A stretch of DNA of 64,000 nt. It comes from Styela clava. Taxonomy: Eukaryota. A program made the translations under genes and the position numbers. The DNA is taken from positions 16,244,001-16,308,000 of the forward strand of contig NC_135259.1 in the NCBI RefSeq assembly GCF_964204865.1, in the 5' to 3' direction. Below, piece by piece: positions 12,640 through 26,668 of the stretch; the stretch's first letter is position 1; every line of letters starts with the position of its first letter. A model generated the notes under the pieces. The model did not search any database and had not been told where the DNA came from. It was given only the letters and a program-made list of their open reading frames with translations.

Positions 12640-13332
12640 ATGAATATGCTGATGAGCCTTCGAAATGCTGGAGGGAAGCTTGTGGGTGGACTTCAATCAA
12701 GATTATTAGTAAGTTCTATTACATGTGTGCGGAGCAAGCACACCTTACCTGATCTGCCTTATGATTACAAATCTTTGGAACCGACAATATCTGAAGAAAT
12801 AATGCGATTACATCATTGCAAACACCATGCTACCTATGTAACCAATCTAAACGCAGCAGAGGAGAAACTTGCTGAAGCTCAAGTAAAGAGCGATGCAACG
12901 GCAATAATCAATCTCGCTCCTGCTCTCAAATTCAATGGTGGCGGCCATATCAATCACTCCATCTTTTGGACAAATTTATCTCCGGATGGTGGCGGAGTTC
13001 CTCAGGGAGAGTTAGCTGAAGCTATTAATCGTGATTTTGGCTCCTTTGATAAAATGAAAGAAAAGCTTACTGCATCTACTGTCGCTGTTCAGGGTTCTGG
13101 CTGGGGTTGGCTCGGATACAATAGAGAGTGTGGAAGATTAGAAATAACGACTTGTGCTAACCAAGATCCATTGCTTGCAACTACTGGATTGATACCACTT
13201 CTCGGAATCGATGTCTGGGAACATGCTTATTATCTTCAATACAAAAATGTTCGTCCTGACTATGTTAAAGCTATATTTGATATTATTAACTGGTCAAATG
13301 TTTCAGACAGATTTGAAACAGCGTCAAAATAA
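12640..13332 (+). CDS. SOD2: Mitochondrial manganese superoxide dismutase, intronless
   Basis: Arg-rich targeting peptide, then [47 protein letters not shown] and the DVWEHAYY signature. Confidence 0.97.
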   Translation: MNMLMSLRNAGGKLVGGLQSRLLVSSITCVRSKHTLPDLPYDYKSLEPTISEEIMRLHHCKHHATYVTNLNAAEEKLAEAQVKSDATAIINLAPALKFNGGGHINHSIFWTNLSPDGGGVPQGELAEAINRDFGSFDKMKEKLTASTVAVQGSGWGWLGYNRECGRLEITTCANQDPLLATTGLIPLLGIDVWEHAYYLQYKNVRPDYVKAIFDIINWSNVSDRFETASK

Positions 13333-13700
13333 ATGTTATTTACAACAATAATTTTGGTTGCCACTTTGGTATGCGAACTCTGCATTTGTGTGATCTTAGT
13401 GATTTTAGAGGGTTAATTCATGTCTTTATGAGATCGCATACCAAAATGGCACCCAATTTCGTTTTCTATTCACAACTAAACTAATGTGATATTCTGTTGC
13501 AAAATATTCATATTTTTTTTTTAAATATATCGAAAGCTTCAGGTGTTTGAATTTGTTTGAATTACTATTCAATAATGTAATTGGTAATTGTTCATAAACA
13601 GTTATTCCATCGTTGAGGTAAAATCTGTTTAATATTGTATAATTTATCACAGAGATTCACAACTAGTTACATTGCAAAGTTATAGTTATTTCTTGCGATT

Positions 13701-16700
13701 ATGCCTACCGATTCAAGAAGAATACCTGCTCCGGAAAATAGCTTCAGTCCAGATATATTTATTTCTGATAATAAGAAAACAACGCAGTTATTGGGTAATT
13801 ATGATTTTTGAATTTATCTTGTTGTTTTTGCTCATCATGTTTCTGTTGTTTCAAGGGCTGTGAAATTTGGTATGTGTTTGCCGAATTCATATTCTTAAAC
13901 TTTTCAAAGCCAATGTAGAAATTACGTTAACTTTAATTGTCTCATAATTTGGATGAGGTGTAAATTTCTCCTGATTCTTCAGCTAATTGTAATCATGTAT
14001 GATTTAAAATTATGGGACGCAATTTTACTCATGTATTCATCACAGCTATTGAGAAATTTACCAATGATCTATTTTTTTGTATTTTTTACTGCCCATCTTT
14101 TTAATATATCGGTCCATGAGTTAGTTGGTTAACAGAATCCTCAAATACAAAATTAAAGCAACTTTTCTTTCATAGAAAATGGCCGTCGTTTTGATGGAAG
14201 AAGTTCAGATGAAGTGAGACCATTATTTTTGAAAACTGGTGTCATATCACAAGCTCGAGGTTCATCATATATAGAAATGAAAAATACCAAAGTTATTTGT
14301 GCTGTATATGGACCTAGAGATATTGGAAGAAGAGATGATTTTCAAATGGAAGGTAAACTTGATTTTGCATTGATTTTTCATGTTTACAAGTTAGTTGTAG
14401 CCAGAATAAATCTTATCGTAATGTTGTTGAGTGTGATATATTCAAGACGATTACGAGTCAGCATGACTTTATTAGTATGTCAGGCAATGTCTTTTTTAGA
14501 CTGGGCATTTCCAAAAGTATAATATTCGAATCAGTATAGAGCAAAATTCCAAATCACCATCTTGTTTTTTTTTCTTCCCGCCAATGGTCAAGCAAGTTTT
14601 TTTTATTAAAGCCATATTTTTTCGACGCAAATCCTACATATGACCATTTTTCGTAGTGGGTTATTGATAAAGCGTGTTTCTTATTTTGTGTGAATGATGT
14701 ATTCTATGTTTTCAATAATTCATTTGTTGACAGGACCAATAAAAATATACTATAAAAATGTGCATACAATTATATATCTCCCAGGTATTCAAGATTCAAT
14801 TCCCAAATAAATATTCAATAGGATTCTGAAATCACCAGGTATTCGAAAATGCCCAGCCCTAGTCTCATTTAGATAGGAATTTATTCATCATCCAGTTACT
14901 GTATTAGCCAACAAATCAAATAAAAACACAAATATTAACAACATTCAATAAGTAAAAGAAGGATAATCGACTAACAACGGAATTGATAGGAGGTTGGAAG
15001 GACCATACGGTCACTAAATCAAAACAACTCTCCTGGCACGAAAAAGGTTGACAGATTACATTTTATATTTTACCAATTATAAAACATTTTAACTCGTAAC
15101 TAACAATCAAGCAACAATAGTAATGTGACACATATGAGATGAACTTTGAAACAGAAGTGGCGAGAAAAAGCGTTTAATTTTATATCACACAAAATAAAAA
15201 GGTACAACTTGAAAAGGTATGAATCACTACTTATTCAGAAAAGACTGGAAATACTTCTTGGAAAAAACATTAAAACTGGAAATTTCTATTAGGTTTTCGT
15301 AAATACATTTGAACGTCAGTTTTTTTATCTTCTAACAGGTGTGTTGAAATGTGAATTCAAATTTGCTCCATTTTCATGTAAACAAAGAAGAGGTCATATA
15401 CGTGACAATCAAGAAATGGAATATTCACAAGTATAATAAGTTTTTTGTTGCTAGATCTTCAAAGCATATGTTGTGTTACTTGTACACAGTTTATTTTACT
15501 AGCGATCTTGAAAAAATTAGTTTGAATGGAATTTGCAATTAATTATATTTGTAAAGTATGTAGTAATATTCTATATTACTGGTTTGAACTACATTTACTT
15601 GCTTTGATGAGCATTCTCTAATTTGGTGAAAAAACAATATGTGGCTTAATAAGAATCTTGGCTCAACTATTTGTTTTTATGTGAGTGTACAATTGCACCA
15701 ATCAAACATTCATATTTGAATTCTAAATAGGTTATTATCAGTAGTGTGGTTTTGTTGTTATCTGTTTCGTTTTCTCACTCTATCAGAGAAAGAAATCTAG
15801 AAATATAGCATCGAACTTTTTTCAGATTTTAGCACAAGCTCTTGAGCCTGCAGTATTGATGCACAAATTTCCAAAAGCACAAGTTGATGTTTATGTCACT
15901 GTATTAGAAAATGATGGAGGTTCTCTAGCTGCTGGTATCATGGCGGCATCGCTTGCATTAACAGACGCATCTATTGAAATGTATGATATGGTTACATCCT
16001 ACAATGTACGACTATCAGGAAAGGTATTTTATATTTATTACTGGACAAGTGTCTATTTATGTTATGATAACAAATACTTTAATTAAGCTGCTTGACTTAG
16101 TAACAGCCTAGGAAATGTTGTGCCCAACGCCTCTATTTAGCACATTTACCCTTGTTAAACAGCCTGCAAGTTTTAGGAACACCCTCACATTGCTAAGCAC
16201 GAGGGTCGGCTTAAGCTTTGAGCTCTGGTTTATATAGTCTTGTGAGATACCGAGGGGAGCCCTCTCCCATAGTCTGGTAATGGCATTGGTGAAGCATGGA
16301 AATGTAATGAAAGATAGGATAAATATTAAGTCTCAACTTCCAATCTATGTTTATGTGGAACACGGTACTCCCGTCACTGTTGGTTTGGACTTTAGTTTGC
16401 GAATCCAGGAGATGTATATTGTTCAACTAGGGAGAATTGTGTCTGGAATGTTTCATTGGAGTTCCATTCCAACAAAAAGGTTGAAAACTACTACTCTATT
16501 CCTATCTTTGTGTCTTCCAGAATATGTTAATTCATGATCCAACAGCGTTAGAAGAGTTTGATTCCAATACAAGTGATGGTGCGTTATGCATAAATCAAGG
16601 AAATGTTACAGTTGCCCTTCTCCCACTTTTAAACCAGGTGAACTAAAGATAATATTGAATAATAATGAAAGGGATATACGAAGAAATTTTATTGTTTTTG

Positions 16701-17783
16701 AAAATTCTTCGCCACTGATATGGGAAGCTAGCTGGCAGTGGATACCTGAGCTATTTAGTTTAGTATTGTTCCTCTAGTTTACTTATCCCTTTTACAGAAG
16801 ATGGCGGATAGTGTGACTGTGATGGCTGATGACTCAACTGCGTTGGCATCGCAGAATGTAATAAATGGGGGAGGTGATACCGATTCAGAAAGATTCTGGT
16901 TCTTTCAAATAATAGTAGTAATGTAGCTTTAGATATCAGTGGCTACTTGTACAGGGCCTTGTTCTGAGCGAAAGGCATGACAATAAAAGGCCACCACCAA
17001 ACTCCTTAGAACAGCGGGTCACCAAACTACAGCCCGCGGGCCGGATCCGGCTTGCGGCGTTCTTTCATCTGGCCTGCAATACCACAAAAAAATGGCACAC
17101 ATGGCGCGTGCTTTGGTGAAACTGTTGCTGTGTTCGTATCTTGTGCTAAAATGAACGTTGAACGTGCATTTTGCGCTAATAGTACTGTAATCTCTCGCGT
17201 ACTGCTCCATTTTCACAAGTCAAATTAACCTTTGTGCTGCTTAAATGCAGATATTTTTGACAGCAATATTTTGCTAACAGCTAACATCAGGATAGTTGTA
17301 TAGATTTAGAAATCTTGTATTTTGCTATGATGTTCTCGTTCTATATTCTGCGATATGGAAAGAAATTTCAATATTCTTCTAAAGTCTTCAGAAATGTAGA
17401 CTTTGCGGTATATTTTTGAATAATGGTCCTGCCTGTTTCAACACAGTTTAAGCCATACCTGGCCTGCGGTCAAAAAAGTTTGGTGACTCCTGCTCTAGAG
17501 AATACCGAGTTAAAAAGCTGGATAGAAGAAAGCCTCCTTCGTGAACATGATAAAAGCTTGTCTTAAATCACTATATTTGTTATCTGATATGTTTTTTGTT
17601 ACAAAATTGTCATCTTTGCCTCAGGTTTCTGGCATGGTATCAACTGGCATCATTGACTGTGACATGCTCTCAGATGCCATACAAAAGTGTACTGATGGAG
17701 CACAAAGTATTTATTCTGTTATGCAAAAAGCTGTCATAGAATCCTACAATGAAAATGATGTTACAGATGGTGAAGAGACCTGA
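13701..17783 (+). CDS. EXOSC6: Exosome complex component MTR3 (RNase PH-like), 6 exons
   Basis: Exons 13701-13794, 14176-14352, 15339-15430, 15826-16023, 16521-16637, 17625-17783, all GT-AG and phase-compatible. MPTDSRRIPAPE...RPLFLKTGVISQARGSSYIE...CAVYGPR...CEFKFAPFSC...LEPAVLMHKFPKAQVDVYVTVLENDG...HDPTALEE. Confidence 0.9.
14497..14861. mobile_element. MITE in EXOSC6 intron 2
   Basis: Inverted ends TAGACTGGGCATTT / AAATGCCCAGCCCTA. Confidence 0.6.
17012..17492. mobile_element. hAT-type MITE in EXOSC6 intron 5
   Basis: CAGCGGGTCACCAAACT / AGTTTGGTGACTCCTG ends, degenerate 8-bp flanks CCTTAGAA / CTCTAGAG. Confidence 0.75.
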
Positions 17784-17877
17784 TATTTACAGCAATGTGA
17801 TAGGAGTGCACCTCCAAGATGCGTATCGAATATGGAGTATGCTTGATGGTTGGGTCAGGCTTGGCGAAACTGTTATG

Positions 17878-18111
17878 TGTGGGGTGGTTCCTAGAAAAAC
17901 AGAAAGTTTGTCAAATGGCTACTAGTATTTATTTTTACATATGATGATTTTAAAACGAGATTGGAACAATAGACGCTGATTGGAAGTGCGCAGACGACAT
18001 TTTGAACATCTATGAGTGTAACATATGCCTTTAGAAAACTGTAAAAGTTATTCTTTGTAAAAATGAATAGCTGTTTGACAAATTTTCTGTTTTTCTAGCG
18101 ACCACCCTGTA
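17878..18111. mobile_element. Tc1/mariner-type MITE just 3' of EXOSC6
   Basis: GGGTGGTTCCTAGAAAAACAGAAAGTTTGTCAAA is inverted as TTTGACAAATTTTCTGTTTTTCTAGCGACCACCCTGTA. Confidence 0.65.
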
Positions 18112-19244
18112 CAAACCAATATAGCAGATATCTGTTGCATGCGTGTTTTAACAATCATGTTAATAAACTATTCTGGAGTGAGAGGAATATAATAATGTAT
18201 TCTGGAGTTTTAATGTGTAATAGAAGAGTAATACTCAGATATATGAACACTTAAGGCCAAAGCGCAGTTTTAGGGGTGTCTAATCGCTCACAGTGCCGCA
18301 GCTTTTACGACTTCGCCTGACCACCGAATGCAGAACCGTCACATGGAGCGCAATTTTTAATTTTGATGATATCATCGCACACAAAACACGAATTTCATGG
18401 ATCCGACAGACATTTTTGAAATAAGAGTAGTAGCCACATAGCGAAAAATACAATGTTGGTGGTCCAGTAGTAAATATGAGAGAATCGATTCTTCACCAGA
18501 TGAAGAAAAGAATGACTAGTTATGAGATAACAATCCATATGCCCATTCCGTGTCCAACAATAGGTAAGTTTTAAGCTATTGAAAATATATATATATTTAC
18601 ACACAGCCCATCCTCTACCTCCGTGAAAATCTTATCACTTTTACGTCATGATACATTTATAACTATGATTACGCCGTGTTATCGGCATAATATCCCTACC
18701 GGGATATATTTAAAATCTGTTTAAATATCTATCAATTCCATAATGCTGCGATATAGGTTCGGTATCCTGTCATCGCACTGTACTGCATTCCTGCTGCCGT
18801 TCCCATAGTTACTCGCACATATGTGCTTGGAGTCGTTTTTGGTTTTGCTTTTCTGTGTTTCGAGCGTCTCTTGGATTCAGGTCGTCTCGATTTTTCACTT
18901 CTTTATATTCTTTTATTCATTGTTTGACTTTTTTCATTGTTTTATGATTCATTTATTAGACTTTAGCTCAGGTGTCGCTGCTCGATAACCAATTTTGGTT
19001 TTCGCGACTCCTTTCACCTCCAATTATCCGTTTTTGCTCCCTTTTACATTCCGTATGCATTTAGTGTATTTCATGTGTGGTGAAAAAATAAACTACTGAT
19101 TACTGATTACTGATATGCAAAGATATTTTTTCGGATGGGAACATGCTCATTTTGCGCGTGGGATATGTAAAAACATTCAGCTGACCTAGCGTCGTTTTCG
19201 AAGGAACCATAAGCCAGTTAGCTCTCTTTCAAGTCGCGTTGATA

Positions 19245-22200
19245 ATGGGATTTCTTTTATCTAAGCTTGTGAAGCTTTTCAGCAATGAAGGTAACCGTTT
19301 TAAAATATAAATATTATGATCTGGTTATGTGTTCATGTTCACTTGAATGCAAAATTATAGTGTTTTTAAAATTAAAAATGACTTATTTTGTAATATCAAA
19401 ATTCTGGAATTTGTGAGCTAGATTAGCTAGAACGTTTTAGATATCGACTGATACCGATACGCTGTACAAAATCAAACAATATTGGCTATAGCATTTTCAG
19501 ATACGCTGAACGTTTTGATGTTATAGTCACGATTTAAGTCCTACGGGTACTTGTATAAAAAAAAAGGTTTATGTTGTGATGTTGGGTTGTTACACTTCCA
19601 GACTTCAATGTTTGGACATGGTCTTTTCGTTTTGCTCATGACCCATTTAATATAATTCTAAAATTAATTAAATCGAAGTTGAGGAGAATTCTATAATTAC
19701 TCTTCTGAATTGGAAGTTACGGTAGTACAGTAGTAGTCAGCTGTTTTGCTTTTGCCAGTCTTGGAATCAGTCCGTGGGTATTTGAAATTTTCCTTGCAAA
19801 TCTGAATTTGGTATTCCTTTAAGCTATGATTCACTATAGGGGTCTAGTGCAGTTTCGTACCTAAAGTACGGTACTTCTAGTGGGCGTACGGTAGCACATG
19901 TCAATCAAACTTATTCGACGCATGAAATCCAAATTGGGCTAAGTCCATTTTTTTAGTTTTGAGAAAAACGCAGAAAACGTTTTTTTTTTTGTTTCTTTTT
20001 TTTATTTCTCTAATACCTTACATCGAGGATGTCTAGTTTTTATGGTCCACCAAAGTTACAATGAAGGCCATATATTGATGGTATAAAAAAATTTGTGCTT
20101 CGCCCCAATTTTTTTTGGTGGGGTTTTTTTTGGACTTAACCCTTTTTGGTTCTCAATTTTGGACCAGAAACAATTTTATTGGACTTAGGGCCCCTTTATT
20201 GTGTTATTATAGAGGCTGGTATGGACTTAGCGCTTTGTATTAAATTTTTTGAGAGGAGCTATGTCCAAAAAACGGATTTAGCCCCAACTTACAATGCAGT
20301 TATCCAGAGCTAAGTCCACTATAGTAGACACAGCTCTGTTTAGTTCTCAAATGCCCTAAAAAAAGCAGGGTTATGTCCATAGCTGTCTTGAGATCTAGAG
20401 CACCTAGAGATAAGGCAAATAGACCAAAATGTAGAGCTAAGTCCAGGAAAATCAGCAATTGAAAAATGTCATTTTTTGGAAAAGTGGACTTAGCACTGTT
20501 TGGTTTTGAGGTGTCGATATATCCCTAACTTCAAGCTTTTTTTCTTATCAGAACACAAAGTAATCATTGTGGGACTGGATAACGCTGGAAAGACAACGAT
20601 ACTTTACCAATTGTAAGCATTATTCTGTTATAATCTGTATATTTTACTACATTATTGATGAATTTTCAAATTATATCTTTGTTGGAATATGTCAGTATAC
20701 AGAAAGAGAGGATTGAAATTGCATTAAGACTTATTACATGTAATATTGATTTCTGTTTATACTACTGTACATACCTATACTTCATTCAGTAATTCTAGAC
20801 ACTTTGTTAAACTTAAAAGAAATTGATATTTTTGGTCTCATTTATTCGAATACAATTTGACTTCACTTGACCCAAGAATTTATTAAGAAGGAAAAAAGCA
20901 TTAGAAGATAATGTCTTAAAATTTTCATCCTATTTATGTTTAGTTTAATGAATGAAGTTGTTCAGACATCACCTACTATTGGAAGTAATGTAGAAGAAAT
21001 TGTTTGTAAGAAAACAAAATTTGTAATGTGGGATATTGGAGGTCAAGAATCATTGAGATCATCATGGAGTACTTATTATGCCAACTCTGATGTAAGTTTG
21101 AGAAAATGGCTTTTTTACTAATTTCATATGTCAGAGTTGTCAGAAATTTAGAGAATCAAAACCTGCTTTTGTTCTGTTCTGTTTTCATTTGGGTGTTGTA
21201 CCTCAATGTTGTACCTATTAGTTTTTCAATTTAGGCCACAGCCTCAAGTAATATTTTTCTTTATTTTTAGTTTATTGCCTTTTATCACTCATCTGTGTTA
21301 AGTCATAAAATAATGACCTATTTCCTACTTTGGTGTCATATAGTTTTGGATTTATAAACACCCTTGGATTAACAGAATATGTCTAGGTTTTTACTTTAAT
21401 TCACTCATATTGTACTCTCGAAGTATGTAATGTTAGGCCATAACTTTATTCCGATTTCCCCTTTTTTTAGTTCTATTACAAGTTCGGGGACTGTCTGTGT
21501 TAGCCAAGTGAATATCCCCCTGCCCATAGGCTTCAGTCCCTTTACACAATTTGATGTAAAAAAGGCCAACAAAATTAGTTACCTCTTTATTGGTACAAAT
21601 ACTGGAGCGTCGTGCAATGGCTAAGTGAATGGTGCAAAGCACGAATAATATTTATACTGCAAATCGTTGGTCTTTTATGCATATGCATTTTTTTTATGCA
21701 TTGTCGAATTGAAAGTATTTCAGTTCTTCCAAACAAATGGTATTCTGCAATGACTCTATGTGAGGATGTGAAATATGAAATGTCTCTCTGAATAATTTTA
21801 AATTTGAGTAATTTACTTTTTACTTGTTTCAACTTCAAATATCCCCAATTGGCCATTATTTCCTGAAATTTGATATTGAATATGATATATTACACAAAAT
21901 AAAATTTTAATTTCATTACGCTCCTTGAAGACACCATTACAGTAATATTCTATTCAATTTTCAATGGGATCAAGTTCTTTAATTAAACACGCCAAGTCCC
22001 AATACTAATATGGCTCGATATTTTCAGTCTCTGTGGCATTGAAAAATCCATTTTATGGCAGTGACAATATTTTATGAGAAATATATTGATGCCAGTTAGA
22101 ATATTCTGATTTCAATTACTGACAGTCTGTCAGTTTCTAGTCTCTATTCTATTAAGAAAATGACTTCGCAATTCTTACCCCTTTTATTTGTTCACTGAAG

Positions 22201-25200
22201 TCATCATTATTTACATAATGATGCAATGTTATTCATATGTGCATTGAATACAAAGATAGGGAGAATGTCCCACACCATCTATGGAATAAAATACTACAAT
22301 ATCAACTATTATTAAATGTGGCAGAGTGTTAATTAGGTTAGGTGATATTGAAATCTATAATTTGTGTAATTAAAAGTCGCCGACTGAACAAATATCTCAA
22401 TTGAATGTCAGAATGTATAATAAATATAAATAACTTAATTTCTTTCCATGGAATAACAAGTGAGATTTCGTTAGATCAAGCATCCTTTTGTAGCAAAGGA
22501 CTCATATGGGTTTAAAGTATGAAGTAGACAAAATGGAAGGAACTGCAGATTAATACATAATATCCCAGTGTCCTCTTGAATTTATAATATTATATTCATC
22601 CTTTTCATTCTTTATATTTAACAACAGGGTCATTTGTATAACTTGAAATTACTACCCACTTTTAATAATCCTACTCAAGAAAGCATCAAAGTTTTTTCAA
22701 ACCTTGAAATCTGTTTCGTGAATATATGCATTATAGAATGATCATTTAATGCATGTTCAGGGATGCTACACCATTAAATGGGAGGCCAATGTTTGTTAGC
22801 CGATTATAGCATCTATCATTGAAACCATTGCTTCTTTCAAATACAGTATAATAGATTTTACTTATTTGTAAGTTCTTGGAAGTTTAATCATACGCTCCAC
22901 TGTTTTACAAGGTAACTGACTTGTAATCAATATCATTGTGATTAATATCTGGATATCAATACTTGTTAACTTATTGATCTTATTCTGCATAATTTATGTA
23001 TTTTTGTTGTAGTTCGTCATCCTAGTTGTGGATAGTACAGATAGAGAAAGACTTCATATATCTAAGAAGGAATTACATGAAATGCTACAAAATGAGGTGG
23101 GTTTGATCAGTTCGATGGCTACTTAATTATAAGTGTTCCCTTCAAAATTGCATTTGCTGATATATAAGTGGCTAGCTAAGGCTGATTAGTCATTACCCAG
23201 GCACTGGCTTGGAAATGGACTTCTCACACATTTTATTTTAGAAGAAGCGAAAGCTTGAAATTTTTATGTGTTACGACTTAACCTTTGTTAGAGTTGTAAA
23301 TGGAATTAGGAACTTTAGTTGCAGACCAAACCTCAAGTCTTTGAATGGAATACATTTATATCAGAAAACACGTTCCAATGTCATTTAGCATGCATGACGT
23401 GACAATGGACTTTTCACACATGCTGTGTTGTTAAGCCTATTATTAGAGGTTATCTTATTAGAACACTGATATTCTGTATTCTTTCAATGGAGTTTATTTT
23501 TACATATTGTGTACTAATTTATTGTATAGAAGGAGCATGATATATTCCTATATCCTACAAATTAGCTCAGTGAACAGTTCGGAAAGCCAAAAAAAAAAGA
23601 TAGTGAATTTTCTTTTTTTCTCTCCCTCTCTCAAATGCCTTCTTTCAACCTTTATGCTATTTCTATTTCGGATCATGATGCATTTGTTAATTGATTTGCT
23701 AGGGAATCTTATAATCAATTCTACTAACAGACACTTTTGGATTTTTAAATGTCTGGGGCTGGGCTATGATAACTTATTTCTATTATTAACGGCCTCATTA
23801 TTTTATCTGTATTTGCCATGTTAACTTTTAATCAATAAAAATAATTTTCAGTCATTCCATTCATATGTTTGTTTGCTGAATTGTTTACCAAACAGCAATA
23901 TATGAATGAGATGTGACATTCTATTATGATGTTGAATGTTTAAAAATATCTTTTTTATTATATCAGTTAACTAAAGAGGTTTTTTTCATTAATGTAAATG
24001 ATCCGTGAATATTTCAAGTTGTTTATATTCTCAAGTCACATACTTTTATGTTGCTCAAATTTCCAAGAATGCTGTTGTGAATTCTATTCCAAGCAAATAT
24101 AATATTTAGTTCAAAAAAGCCACATCGAAGTTTTTTTATTGTATGTAACCTTCGAATTTAATATTTTCATATTTTGGCTATGATAAGTCCTAGCTAATGG
24201 AGTTACATGTCAATATTTGTAATGTAAATCATAATAGCCTTTGTTCAACAGAGCAGGGAAGCCATAAACCCATATTTGAATCAATTCAAAAATTGTTTAT
24301 ATTTTCTAAAATGAATTCTTGATCTTATGAATATCATTAATTATTTTCATGCAAAAATTCGACGAATTAGACCCTGTTTCGTTTGTGACACTTCATTCGA
24401 CTTGTGACACTGTAAAAATGTAAATCAATATCATGTTTATTCCAACCATTGTATGCATGTACAAAAATGAAGAAGCATGACATATAAATTTTTACATCAC
24501 TGATTTAAATATTTGTGAATTAGGTAACACTGCCAATATTTTTGGTAAACATGATTCAATATTTTATTTTGGATTCATTCGATTCTGTATATGTCAGGCG
24601 AGGGCAAACAATTTAGGAATTTAACTTGATAATAGCTTTATAAGGAAATCTTGGTAACTGACCAACATTTACTGTGGAATTTTAAATTTCTTTATTATTC
24701 AAGTATAGGAGTGTAGTTTTTTTTTAATTAAGTAGAGTAAAATTCGGCAATTACAGCATACAACAAGCATTACAATTTGTAATATTTTCTTAACCCATTA
24801 CAGGACCTCAAAAAAGCTAAATTACTTGTATACGCCAACAAACAAGATATCAAAGGTTGTATGACAGCCGCAGAAATATCTCAACAATTGAAATTAACAT
24901 CTGTAAAAGATCACACATGGCAAATACAAGCTTGTTGTGCACTCACTGGATCAGGGTGAGTGAAAATATATGAACTAGCTGACATTTGCTATAGGTCAGA
25001 TTTAAGTATCTCTGCCTTCTAGGGGCACAAACTGATTCTAATGAATATAATACAGTATTAAAGGTGTGTGTGTTAGTATCATGTTTCTTCTATCGTGTAC
25101 AATTCGAACGCAGACCTTATACAAACATTTGTTTTCGTCTAATCATTGTTTTCAATCTATATCAGTCGCTAAATGGCCTCAGGTACTTATTTGGATTTCG

Positions 25201-26668
25201 GATTGGTTTGTGATTTTTTAATTTTCTATTTACTTTCATCCTGTTTTTGTTGGCTGTTCTTATTTCGGTACTCCAGTACTGTGTGTACCAGGTTAGGGTT
25301 AGGCCAAAATTTTATTCCGATTTTCCTTATTTTGATTCTATTCCGAGTGCTGGGACTGTCTGACGTCAGTGTTAGCCAAGTGAATACACCCCCTGAGTCC
25401 TGACCATAGTAATCAGTCCCTGTACACAACTTGATGTAAAGTAGGCGAACAAAATTAGTTACCTCCATATTGGTACACACTACACACACTTCTGGAGCTC
25501 CCTTATTTCTTTGGTATATGTGTTTATATGCTGAAGTAATGACATTCAAATTAAATATCTTATTCTCAACAAAAGTCAATAGTATTCATTATTGACTATT
25601 CATTAAATATTTCAAGCATTAAAAGATATATTTGTGTTATGCGTGCTATTCATAATAATATTAAAACGCCATTTTGTAATTTAAGTAATTTCCTTTCAAT
25701 TGTATTTCTGCTAATAAGTAGGTTCTATTTTATTGTGGAGAAATTATGTCTCAATTAATTGGACCATTCAATCCTAAGAAGAATCCACACTGAAGCGATG
25801 AATAAGTTTGTGTGAAAATATTAGGAGGAAAATTGCCATAAAACTTGATTTGAATAAATATGCGTTGGTTAATAATGAGGAAATTAAAATCAACGCATTG
25901 TCGAATATTTGTATTATCTTATTTATTAAATTCATATTATAGCTTTAAAGAAAATATTTATTTCCTTCAATAATTAGTGACATACTGGAAAACATGGCTA
26001 CATTATCAATATTTATCATTCTATTTGTTGACATAGTGAATATGAATTAATTTAGGGTTGAGGTATAAATTGATTTTCCAGTTTCTGACGTGAATTCATA
26101 ACCTCCCTGCTGTATGTTATATGAAAAAATATTATTAAAATAAAAGCATGCTGACATATTTGATAAGAAATTATTCACCGGCCATGTAATCTTTGCAATA
26201 ATTTTCTTTTGAGGTTATGAGGTTAGAATTTTGTGGGTCTCGGGGCTATTGCTGTCTAAAAGCCAGGAGAGAAGTATAATAAATTCTGAGTTGTAAATCT
26301 CAGTTCAGTCAACCATAAGAATATTCTCGGTTTTATGTATATTTTGAAATAGCAATGCACAGTCAATTACTTAAAGCGTTAATTGCAAATTATCAACTTC
26401 AAAAAATAAGGAATATTATGTACAATATTGTGTACGTTATAACAGCTCACAATAGGATTTACACATTTATCCTTGGAAAGAAAACCTGAATTATATGTTT
26501 AGCCTGACTTTATGATGACTTGTGTCCTATAAGAAAATAGTTCGGCTATTTGTTTCTCATGTGTGGGCTGTCATACACCCCTTCCTTTATTGTTTTTTCA
26601 CTTTATTATTACTGCCATTTTTTAGGTTATCAAATGGTTTGGAATGGATGCTTGAGAGCAAAAGATGA
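19245..26668 (+). CDS. ARL5: ADP-ribosylation factor-like GTPase 5, 6 exons
   Basis: Exons 19245-19290, 20552-20612, 20944-21091, 23013-23096, 24804-24955, 26626-26668. MGFLLSKL (myristoylation Gly), [47 protein letters not shown]. Confidence 0.93.
19915..20517. mobile_element. Long-TIR non-autonomous element in ARL5 intron 1 with multiple GGACTTAG/CTAAGTCC motifs
   Basis: TCGACGCATGAAATCCAAATTGGGCTAAGTCCATTTT versus AAAAGTGGACTTAGCACTGTTTGGTTTTGAGGTGTCGA. The motif recurs about 8 times in both orientations. Confidence 0.65.
21411..21611. mobile_element. GG...CC MITE family copy (degenerate ends)
   Basis: Interior shared with 25267-25501 and 40974-41189 (GTTAGCCAAGTGAATA, AAAATTAGTTACCTC). 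Confidence 0.75.
25267..25501. mobile_element. Merlin-like MITE (GG...CC termini, 8-bp TSD)
   Basis: GGTACTCC...GGAGCTCC with a perfect TSD CTTATTTC. Contains GGTTAGGGTTAGG. Confidence 0.85.
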
